Origin: Antedon mediterranea
Taxonomy: Eukaryota > Animalia > Echinodermata
Direction of reading: 5' to 3'
DNA length: 64,000 nucleotides
Assembly (NCBI RefSeq): GCF_964355755.1
Contig: NC_092675.1
Coordinates: 8,489,812-8,553,811, forward strand
Part shown: piece by piece, positions 41,601 through 49,292 of the stretch
Numbering within the stretch: position 1 is the first letter of the stretch
Layout of the letters: each line of letters starts with the position of its first letter
Program-made: the position numbers and the translations under genes
Notes under the pieces: generated by a model
What the model was told of the DNA's origin: nothing
The model's input: only the letters and a program-made list of their open reading frames with translations
The model's database searches: none

Positions 41601-41654
41601 AAACAAACACATAATAACAAATAAAATAGTCCTCCGTTGCATTTTCAATTTCAT
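141..41654 (-). CDS. CDH23: Cadherin-23-like giant cadherin (signal peptide + 3 EGF + ~32 EC repeats; 3' end outside window)
   Basis: GT-AG exons read manually, in transcription order: 41654-41468, 40746-40633, 40082-39972 (SP/EGF), then 36622-36536, 36240-36092, 34827-34774, 33179-33003, 32214-32110, 31974-31849, 31693-31502, 30793-30620, 30477-30328, 29242-29016, 28779-28530, 27910-27659, 27482-27231, 26242-26137, 25674-25544, 25100-24976, 24558-24459, 24149-24047, 22391-22153, 22019-21851, 21704-21559, 21000-20682, 20065-19571, 18182-18006, 17643-17390, 16777-16682, 16261-16010, 15750-15622, 15425-15297, 14877-14653, 14520-14299, 13731-13621, 13455-13278, 12783-12650, 12445-12239, 11911-11801, 11678-11559, 11428-11323, 11149-10958, 10542-10430, 9990-9537, 9382-8868, 8337-8218, 7738-7561, 7017-6908, 6618-6478, 6349-6256, 5671-5471, 5281-5064, 4883-4700, 4261-4038, 3229-3032, 2021-1787, 1235-975, 418-141. 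Repeated DxNDNxPxF, LDRE/LDYE and AxDxD motifs. CDH23-like signatures (recalled): [10 protein letters not shown] in EC1, DVQD linker after EC2, INENDN after EC4, and [12 protein letters not shown] / [22 protein letters not shown] in the last repeats. Cadherin part is high confidence; the join to the EGF exons is inferred. Confidence 0.88.
462..606. mobile_element. Foldback MITE, PIF/Harbinger-like
   Basis: Imperfect long TIRs aaagccttgtttacactatcaaactt.. / ..aagtttgatagtctagacagagct, with inner arms aaaatgtgatgtgacca / tgggcatatcacacttttg. Confidence 0.6.
2167..3007 (+). mobile_element. Non-autonomous Helentron-type element (HINE/DINE-1-like), copy 1
   Basis: 5' T-run, subTIR agtcgcgtg (2172-2180) with local hairpin agtcgc/gcgact, (GTCY)n microsatellite, 3' subTIR cacgcgact (2980-2988), short terminal stem ggctgtggcc, then TT. 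Near-identical inverted copy at 18551-19361. Confidence 0.8.
3502..3822. mobile_element. Kolobok-like MITE
   Basis: 15-bp TIR agatgtattgtcccc / ggggacaatacatct with TTAA on both sides. Partial related copy at ~29775-30076. Confidence 0.75.
8066..8156. repeat. 22-bp minisatellite x4
   Basis: Unit ggtagggtacatatctgagaca repeated four times with small variants. Confidence 0.85.
8510..8789. mobile_element. piggyBac-like MITE
   Basis: TTAA TSD (8506-8509, 8790-8793); 12-bp TIR ccctttgaagac / gtcttcaaaggg with CCC..GGG ends. Confidence 0.8.
10035..10290. mobile_element. Partial copy of the hairpin-ended dispersed repeat family
   Basis: Aligns by eye to 33588-33850 (ataacacctaaataaattcctgtcat..cgccac.tattttgtactttcgcca). 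Confidence 0.7.
13790..14210 (+). mobile_element. 5'-truncated L2/CR1-group LINE 3' end (decayed)
   Basis: Translates to [12 protein letters not shown].. and [34 protein letters not shown], typical of the L2 ORF2 C-terminus; followed by a (gatt)n tail. Confidence 0.75.
17043..17225. mobile_element. Foldback MITE, PIF/Harbinger-like
   Basis: Long imperfect TIRs aaagcgtggttcccactag..acgcaag..accaatcacaagcga / tcgcttgtcattggt..cttgcgttgcgt..ctagtgggaaccaagcttt. Confidence 0.75.
18551..19361 (-). mobile_element. Non-autonomous Helentron-type element (HINE/DINE-1-like), copy 2
   Basis: Reverse complement of 2167-3007 with few substitutions and different microsatellite lengths. Confidence 0.8.
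22816..24035 (+). mobile_element. tRNA-derived SINE with 4x tandem 27-bp head, split by a piggyBac MITE
   Basis: Unit gagtggagttgtggcctggtggttatg x4 (22816-22923, A-box-like), stem cttgg/ccaag, B-box gggttcaagtcc. Body runs to the TTAA at 23087; probable remainder 23951-24035 ends in a (taaaa)n tail. Confidence 0.7.
23091..23946. mobile_element. piggyBac-like non-autonomous element
   Basis: TTAA TSD (23087-23090, 23947-23950); 13-bp TIR ccctttcactgcg / cgcagtgaaaggg; two subterminal palindromes atacccggta-N-taccgggtat. Confidence 0.85.
24692..25002. repeat. 52-56-bp tandem repeat x6 containing an exon end and splice donor
   Basis: Unit tatttacttacgcaggtggtactggcaatgatatagctttaaatgtactttaat; minus-strand donors (ac on plus) at 24702, 24754, 24806, 24862, 24918, 24974. 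Confidence 0.92.
25238..25460. mobile_element. Deleted copy of the hairpin-ended dispersed repeat family
   Basis: Shares ttatgagtacaatggtacaaataat and catgtgacccacatt..aatcaaatgaca with 33222-33540. Confidence 0.6.
29555..29752 (+). mobile_element. tRNA-SINE remnant with Nin/Deu-like central domain
   Basis: B-box-like gggtttgaacc, then tccttaggaaagatgcttta..cgaatgggatgtaaagcc..gtgcatgttaaagacc..gaaaagag, resembling the recalled Nin/Deu SINE core. Confidence 0.55.
29775..30076. mobile_element. Kolobok-like MITE, partial copy
   Basis: Similar to 3530-3826 (cattttaatgtcac.taatag..ctgattttattaatcttt..ggggacaata.atctttaa). Confidence 0.65.
33222..33540 (+). mobile_element. Hairpin-ended non-autonomous DNA element (internally deleted)
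   Basis: About 80-bp-arm hairpin at 33228-33389 centred on gaggc-aaa-gccga; related copies at 33588-34430 (inverted), 47620-48348, 25238-25460 and 10035-10290. Confidence 0.75.
33588..34430 (-). mobile_element. Hairpin-ended non-autonomous DNA element (longer copy, inverted)
   Basis: Both ends are reverse complements of the ends of 33222-33540; hairpin centre ctcggctttgcctcg at ~34337-34351. Confidence 0.75.
34960..35500 (-). mobile_element. tRNA-SINE with Nin/Deu-like domain, interrupted by a MITE
   Basis: Minus strand reads tcagtcaagtggctaagg (A-box-like), ggttcaagag (B-box-like), gtgcacttttaagaacccagttcatc..gaagagtaggggg. Left boundary is approximate. Confidence 0.5.
35131..35307. mobile_element. 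Palindromic MITE
   Basis: Perfect 18-bp inverted ends ataaggtttatcgcaaat / atttgcgataaaccttat, plus inner arms atgggaagggtt..atagcaccacc / ggtggcgctat..aacccttcccat. Confidence 0.8.
39206..39666. mobile_element. Tc1/mariner (pogo/Tc2-like) MITE
   Basis: TA TSD; TIR ccgtatttattcga..aaacgcc / ggcgtttattcgaataaatacgg; internal aataaacgcc/aataaacacc repeats. Confidence 0.8.
39702..39835. mobile_element. Short hAT-like MITE
   Basis: 15-bp TIR caagggcggatccag / ctggatctgcccttg with one mismatch; TSD not clear. Confidence 0.6.
39972..40082 (-). CDS. Exon: EGF-like repeat 3 (not in ORF track)
   Basis: 111-nt phase 1-1 exon: [36 protein letters not shown]. Acceptor tttcag, donor T|gtgagt, no stop codon. 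Confidence 0.88.
40633..40746 (-). CDS. Exon: EGF-like repeat 2
   Basis: 114-nt phase 1-1 exon: [37 protein letters not shown], six Cys in EGF spacing; ag/gtaag boundaries. Confidence 0.9.
41468..41654 (-). CDS. Exon: signal peptide + EGF-like repeat 1 (putative first coding exon of the cadherin)
   Basis: [24 protein letters not shown] (basic n-region, hydrophobic core, small-residue end), then [34 protein letters not shown]. Ends T|gtaag, phase 1 (187 nt). Confidence 0.9.
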
Positions 41655-41880
41655 TTCTGCTAAACTTCCAGGAAAAAAATCAAAATGTTATCCTTTACAT
41701 CAGTCTTGCTGATTTAATAATACATGATGCTTTTGTTGATATTGCAATATTTAACTATCGAGTTTTCTAGTTATGTAATATATAGTCCAAGTGAAGTGGT
41801 ATCGCTGATGTGACTTGCTTTTTCTGTATCCGACTCTAGTGATTTACTTCTGTCAGATTGGGAGAGAATAGGCTGTACTC

Positions 41881-41895
41881 ATTTGCATAACAACT
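41881..41895 (-). promoter_or_regulatory. Octamer (POU) site with adjacent Sox-like half-site upstream of the SP-EGF exon
   Basis: Minus strand AGTTGTTATGCAAAT about 230 nt upstream of the ATG; TATA-like tatata near 41778-41784. Motif match only. Confidence 0.3.
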
Positions 41896-42687
41896 GTCAA
41901 CTAAACAATGCTTTAAGCACAAACTGAAATAAAGCCTGTCCAATAGTACTAGATTTCACACTGACATTAAACAGAGTTACCCTGATCAGCAAATCAAACA
42001 CAAGGATAGCCAAACAATACTTGCGTGCATCAACACACCCAGTGTATGAGTAATTTTGTGCTTGAACACACATTTATTCCATAAGCAATTAGGACCAGTT
42101 GAAAACAAAAACAAATACATTATGTTTTTGACACTAATATACCATCGACCTCAATGATATACCATCATTATAAAGAACATAAAAGTGTCTAAATTAATAT
42201 TTAGCGATGTTTGCAATTTCTTTCAAAATAGACAATGCTTAACATTTTGTTCTTGTATACATGCAGTAACCATTTGTTCTATCATGCTAATGAACATTAG
42301 ATACACATAACACTCATTTGTCTACTAGGCCTATATCAATTTCAACAATTTGATGTGTGTTTATATTTGAGTAAATCATTAACACAACATATGAAAAAAA
42401 AAAGATTAATCAAGTGAATATTATTATATAAATGTTAGGAAAGAATGCCATACCATATTTGGGTGTTGATCCACATCCATTATGAATAATAGACCTATGG
42501 TAATCAGTACAACTGGCAACTTGGTAACAGCAACTAATAACAAGGTAAAAACAATAATTAAATTAAAAAGTATATTTTGTTGTATAATACATATATAAAA
42601 TGATATTAATTCTTGTTGTTAGTCAATATTACCATTTTGGTCCCTTACCTTACATTATGCTTATTTGTCATATTTAGGCTACTTGCT

Positions 42688-42940
42688 AGTCAATTGGTCA
42701 AGCGGTTAAGGTAGGGGGTGCCAACGGTTACCGTACCTAAAGAAGGGCCAACAATATTGACATGGGTTTGAGGCTGATTTGCTCCTAGTTCTGGTGGTGG
42801 AACAAGTTTGCTTGGATAGCTATAAACCAGTCCAGTGTACACAGTTTGCCTAAAAACCCAGTTCATCATTTAAGGTGTGAACTCACCCAGTGTACTCACC
42901 CAGTGTGCGCCCCCAGTGTGTGTAAACACTGGGGTTTACA
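42688..42940 (+). mobile_element. Degenerate tRNA-SINE-like remnant
   Basis: tggtcaagcggttaagg (A-box-like), gggtttgagg (B-box-like), and aacccagttcatc shared with the SINE at ~35350. Confidence 0.4.
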
Positions 42941-44490
42941 GAAAGGTGTAGAAATCATACCATTAAAACAGTTGTGAAAATTTATCTAAAATTCTCAAGC
43001 ATTCCATCAATGTTTTATTGCTACACAAACAAGTTATTGGCCGCATATATATTATCCATCTCTACCTGCCAAATTTATTTCTATATTTATTGTTCATGCT
43101 TTTTTTATTTTGATGTATATATTTATATTTTTCTACTTTGTTTTTTCCCCCCATTGTTTGCTCAAGGTGTTGCCACCTGTTCATCCCTTTCTTTTTGCTG
43201 CCTTTGTGCTTTGTATTTCATGTTTACCAACCTCAATGGCTTTTTGCTAATTTTTCTATAACAAATACCGTATATTCCAAATAATTTAAAACAAAAACAC
43301 ATTATTATTTTTGGCTACAGGGCCCCAAGAAGTAGGAATTTAGAATTTAACCATTCCGTATAATCCCAACCAATATTATGACTGTACATTACTATATGCC
43401 AAAATATTGATTAATTGTATTGTTTATAAAACAAAAGTTACTAGGCTTGGTACATTTCATTTTTTTTATTATTCCATATTGGACTTTTCAATCTACTGTA
43501 TACCGCTTTCGGGTACAAAATAGATTTCTGCTATGACGTTTTCGGCACCATACATTAAAAATGTTTATACTAAAATTAATATATTCAATTATAAAATTAA
43601 AACAAAATTATTTTATACACAAAGTAGGTAGCTTTACAACAACAATAATCGACATCATCATCTCAATTTATACATAATCCGCAACAAAAGTTGTTTAATC
43701 AGAGACAGATTGTCTGATTCCATTGACTCATGTAAGGTGTGATTGTTCATATTTTCTTCATTTCCATTTTACCAGCACATCCTTCCTTCGTCTAATTTAG
43801 AAGGGGTGAATAACTTGCTGTAAAGAGGTAGGAGCAGATGTGATACACACAACATGCTACATATGACCATGATCAATCATTCATTATATCTAAAAATTAT
43901 CAACTTTTGTGTTAACAGAATAATCAGGTGTTTATTATTGTAAGAAAATCTTTCTAAGAAAACATTTTCACACATATTAAATAGCAAAATAATGTCACTT
44001 GGTTAGTATGTGCTGCATATATATCTGAAATGGTAATCTTATGAAAATATGATCATGTAGATACAGTGTTATGAAATCATTGGTCATAAATTAAAATTCA
44101 ACACAACACACAAGTCAGTTTCATATCAATAATATATCAGTTCTACAAAAACATTTTAAAGTGCCTGTGAGTTTTATTTGAAGTTGTACTCGATACAGAA
44201 ATGCAAACATATTATGTTTTAAAACAGTAGCCACTTTCAATTTGTATCGATAATATGTTCATAAACATCGACCTCACAAATATGCTCAGGAAAAACTTAA
44301 CTTAACTTACGTGATTGAAAATAACTTCCTAAGATTGTTACTGAATCTTTATTTCAGGATGTTTATTGTTCAGGAGGGGTTTTTGTTTTTTGGGGGCGGG
44401 GAAGAGTTGATTGTAGGGTTGGCGTTTAATCGAGGGAGTGTTTTGGGTGTAATATGGTAACATGTATAATTACATAAATTCCTCCTAAAA

Positions 44491-44848
44491 AAAGTACAAT
44501 ACTTTCTGTAAACTTTTGAGAATTGTTGCCATGCAATGTTGTTGACTGATCGGGTTCGGAAATCAACTTGTCTGTGTGCACAGTCTATAACTCCGTGTAT
44601 AAAGTTATAATTTTGAGATCTATAAAGTAAAGTACAATACTTTCTGTAAACATTTTGAGAATTTTTGCCATGCAATGTTGTTGACTGATCGGGTTCGGAA
44701 ATCAACTTGTCTGTGTGCGCTGTCTATAACTCTGAGTCTAAAGTTAGAATTTTGAGAATTTTTGCCATGCAATGTTGTTGACTGATTGTGTTCGGAAATC
44801 AACTTGTCTGTGTGCGCCGTCTATTAAACTCTGTGTCTAAAGTTAGAG
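44491..44848. repeat. Tandem triplication of a ~97-bp core
   Basis: ttttgagaatt.ttgccatgcaatgttgttgactgat..ttcggaaatcaacttgtctgtgtgc..gtctat..aagtta occurs three times; the first two copies share an extra aaagtacaatactttctgtaaac leader. Confidence 0.85.
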
Positions 44849-45477
44849 CACTGCCTTTTTAATGGCCTAACTTCACGGCCTATAGCAGCATTCGTCAATG
44901 ATTTACGATGGATAATTTGAACAAAACCAATAATTCATGTTTTGTAAGGAGAGACTATTTCATTCGATTTTCAACTGATGAAATATTCTCACCATCCAAC
45001 TCATAAACATTCATTATTTCAATAATACTGGGTATATATGCATGTGATGGGACATTTATCCAAGGAAAAAGAGTAAATGCCCTGGTGCGTTTATTCAAAA
45101 CAGGTACAGTATTTGTATGAACAGTTGACTTGAAATAAATGCCAACAATTAGTTTCTATGAATTTGTCCATGAGCTTAACAAAGCTTTGTGTTTTTTTTC
45201 TGATCAGTTTAGTCATGGAAAATGTCAGTGATTTTGCCAATATATTATCTATTGTTTGTAATGTATTACATATTGTATACCAAACATCTTTTACATTGCT
45301 ATTTTTTTTTCTATTTTACCAAGAATTGAACACAAAATCCAAGAACCAATACATGGAAATAAATTATGCACCTAAAAACAGTAAATTAAATTTATAATTT
45401 TGGTGTCATTTCTCATACTGCCTCTGTAGAATACTATACTAACGGTGTAGGATGTGTAGGTAGTTAGTAAAACCGTT

Positions 45478-45978
45478 GATCAAGATAGACTGATGTTAGT
45501 TACACCTGTGGTCAAGATAGACTATGTTAGTTACACCTGTGATCAAGATAGACTGATATCAGTTACACCTAATGTTAGTTACACCTTTGATCAAGATAGA
45601 CTGATATAAGTTACACCTGATTATAGTTACACCTGTGATCAAGACTGAATGTTAGTTACACCTTTGATCAAGATAGACTGATATAAGTTACACCTGATGT
45701 TAGTTACACCTGTGATCAAGATAGACTAAATGTTAGTTACACCTTTGATCAAGATAGACTGATATAAGTTACACCTGATGTTAGTTACACCTGTGATCAA
45801 GACTGAATGTCAGTTACGCCTTTGATCAAGATAGACTGATATAAGTTACACCTGATGTTAGTTACACCTGTGATCAAGATAGACTAAATGTTAGTTACAC
45901 CTTTGATCAAGATAGACTGATATAAGTTACACCTGATTATAGTTACACCTGGTAGTCAAGACTGAATGTTAGTTACAA
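45478..45978. repeat. Compound minisatellite with higher-order structure
   Basis: Alternating modules gatcaagatagact and gatgttagttacacct/gatataagttacacct, forming ~76-80-bp higher-order units. Confidence 0.9.
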
Positions 45979-46499
45979 GATGTTATGATAGTTATTAAAT
46001 AGTTAATATAACAATGTTGTGAGTGTGGACCACCATAATCTAGTTTATTATCATGATTTGATTTGATTAACGCCATCATCATCACCGCACCAGCATACTG
46101 TAGTTTATATTAAAACATTCCTAAAAAACATTTAATATTAGGCCTATTAGATAGTATTAGACCACATTTGAAAATGCAATGCTGGCAAGAGGGCAGCATC
46201 AAATTGTATTGTTTGTCTGCAAACACATACAAAACCACAACTTTCTTTAAACTATACTTTCTATTTGTTTCAAAGCACCTGTTTATAAATGTCAATACAT
46301 AACAGTATCTTTATATATTAATACTACTAATATTACTCCTTCGAAACCGCTAAATGATACATGCTCACATTTGGCACACTAATGGCTATGTCACTTTCCT
46401 GAATTTTAAGCATAAACAGATAGGCAAAACAAAACCACAGTAATTTGACATCTCAGCGGTCATGTTTTCGCGAGTTGCTATGTCACATATCAACTACGC

Positions 46500-46786
46500 T
46501 GCCGTTCCACAATCTATGGGTCACGACTCAATGTTTGGGCAACGAAAAAAATATTATGGGTCGCGAAATTGTTTTCGATGCTGAAACTTTTTATCAATTA
46601 TACAGTGATCTAGATGTCAAATGTTCTCAGAATCTGCAACACTGATTATACATTTTAAATCTACAGTTTGAGTTGCGTACCGCACATGGGGAGGGGGGGT
46701 ATGTGGCTCAAATACGCAATGTTGGGTCATGCAAACCTCCAAAATAGGATCATGGGGTCGCGGTCAAAAAAGGTTGTGGAACACTG
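46500..46786. mobile_element. hAT (Charlie-like) MITE with 8-bp TSD
   Basis: Direct repeat aactacgc at 46492-46499 and 46787-46794; ends gttccacaatct / aggttgtggaacactg; ggggtcgcg subterminal motif. Confidence 0.75.
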
Positions 46787-47619
46787 AACTACGCAACCTC
46801 CTCTGTTGTGTACTGTCATGGCCGGATCTACAAATACCATGACAGGCCTCCAAATTAAAACAGTGTTTAGTCTCGGCAGTCGGACAACCATCGAATGATT
46901 GCGTGATTGAAGTTATAATTAATTACACTTACCCTTTGAACAGAATGAATGTAGTAAATCACGGTTTGGCTCAGTGAGTAAAACGCTGTGGCGATTGACA
47001 TCAATACTTAGTACATTTTGAATTTTTTGAAATTGAGTTTGAATTTGCGAAACCTGTAAATAATAAGTATTACCGCTTAAAACAAAAAAAGTAAAACAAA
47101 CAAAAAATACACCCAAACTATAGTTTGGTATTTTATACTTTCGCTACGCACGCATCATCTAATTTCGACTACCACCATGTGCCATTTTTTGTGTTGATTT
47201 CAAAGTTCGTAAGCAGCTGTAGTTTTATTATTCCAATACTTCATATATTATTTCTATAAATTACCTATTTATAATTTATCATTGAAATGTTTGAAACTGC
47301 CGACTGATTTACGTGTAATAATATTCACACAGCACAATATTTCTTTAGCGTACGTCTTTTATTTTCATAAAGTCATGAAAAGTCAAAAGTAAAGTCTAAA
47401 GTTCCATATCCAGTATTGCTTTCATTTTTAGAGCTAACAGATATTTCAGAGTGAAGGGATAGTGTATAACAAAATCAATGTTCGTAAACAGTTCCTAATT
47501 ATATTCTTGATAGAATTTGTTTTTATTTTAATAATTTTTATTTTTATCAGAGTTACTCCCAAAGTTTATAACCACATATTAGGGCAGAAAAAGACCATGC
47601 AGTACACAGGTTAATGCTG

Positions 47620-48348
47620 GTACAAATAATAAATGTTTAAGAGTGTAATGATAATAATAGTTCATTCTTATATAGCGCATTACAAGCACTGCAGAGTTGA
47701 AATATAATCTTTCCTTATTCATCAAATGCCATTGTACCATTACACGAATATAAAACATTCATTATTTGTTTTATATAATATCTAAATAGATTACTGTCAT
47801 TTGAATCAGATTGTGTAGTAGGTCTACATTTGATTCACATTGAAACAGTAACATTTATTTGATTTTTTGTAAATATATGATTTTTTTTTATAATATATTA
47901 AATATTATATTTATTTGGATTTATAAACACATCTACTGTAGTGTGAATATGTCAACAAATAATCTTAGGCCAAAAGCTATGCTAAAATCACATAGGCCTA
48001 GTCTAATACAATTAGGCTATGAAAGCAATTCCATTACAAAACTTCGACAGGCAACTGGAACTGATTTAGGCAAATTTTTTTGTCTTCTACAAATGTTCCA
48101 TTAATTAATCAAAATCATATTATCTCTCCAAAAATGTACCGTCGCGATACACTCGTACCAAGAATCACTGCGGCGGAAAAATAGGCGGACCTGTTGGATT
48201 TATAAAGTAATGGTCTAAAAAAAATATTTTTCAAACGCAAACAATTTTTTTTTTCCTACATGGAAAAAATTGTAAAAAGTACTATTGCACCCCATGTGAC
48301 CAAAAATCGTCAAATCAAATGACATGAGTTTATTTAGGTATTATATAA
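47620..48348 (+). mobile_element. Diverged copy of the hairpin-ended dispersed repeat family
   Basis: Shares gtaccattacacgaata.aaaacattcattatttgttttatataa and ccatgtgacc..aatcaaatgaca..tttaggt.ttatataa with the 33 kb copies. Left boundary is approximate. Confidence 0.65.
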
Positions 48349-49292
48349 GTTATATTCTATTTAATATAGATATTGATTATCTTACTTATTTATTCATACA
48401 TGAATACATTGTTCATTTTAATTTATTACTTATATTTGTAAATTAATATGTTAATAAATTAAGACTTTTCTTTTTTTCTGTCAACGTTGAGTTGTAATGA
48501 GTTGCATTGAGATACACTTAGTCAACAACATTCAATGATTTTACAGGGAAAAGAGTAAGTTGCAGGCTGTGTTTGGGTTATTGAAGTTTCAATGATTGAT
48601 ATGAATGTGGTGCAAAATCAATGCAAGATATCATAAAGAATATTCAATAATTGTTGTAAGCATGTGAAAAAAAATTATCTAGAATATCATACGGTATATG
48701 GAAAAATATGGCCTAAAGTGAGATACACCCACACATTGTATTTGAAAGACACTAATTCTTTTAACATATCACCAGCCTACTGCTGCTACAGCTACACTGC
48801 CTATTTCAGCACCCTGACTGATAAGAGGAGACAAATTGATCAAGCTTGAAGGACAAGCAGAGCTGTTCTGCACCAACATACCTTGCGTTTGAACAAGAGA
48901 GTACTATCCAGATATGACACATTGACAAGCATCAGGCTTTGAAAATGTACTCAATGACAGATTGCCAGTAACAAAGAGAGAACACATAACCTGATTGGTG
49001 CATCCATTAAATCTGACTGAGTTGAATGGAGAGTTTTTTTATTCGATTAAAGATTAACTGTTAACTCTCAATTTCTATACAGGACACAGTGTTGTTGTGC
49101 TCAACCAATTCTAAATCCCAATGCAACTAACCACAACTCAATGTTGAAATAATATGAAAAAGATGATAAAAACTGCAATCAACCATTTTCAATCAAGACA
49201 TAAAAATATAATTTCTTAAATATCAATTCCGTTGTTATTATATTACAATTAATATAACTTTAAAATAGAAAATGTTTCAGCATGACATCATC

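Noticed and set aside
45478-45978. CRISPR-like regular repeats (also 24692-25002)
   Set aside because: No unique spacers, no cas genes, and a spliceosomal-intron eukaryotic context.
48770-48990. GC-richer block with a gcaag|gtatgt donor on the minus strand
   Set aside because: The minus-strand frames I read are interrupted by stops; it may be SERINC 3' UTR or a non-coding exon, which cannot be decided from sequence.
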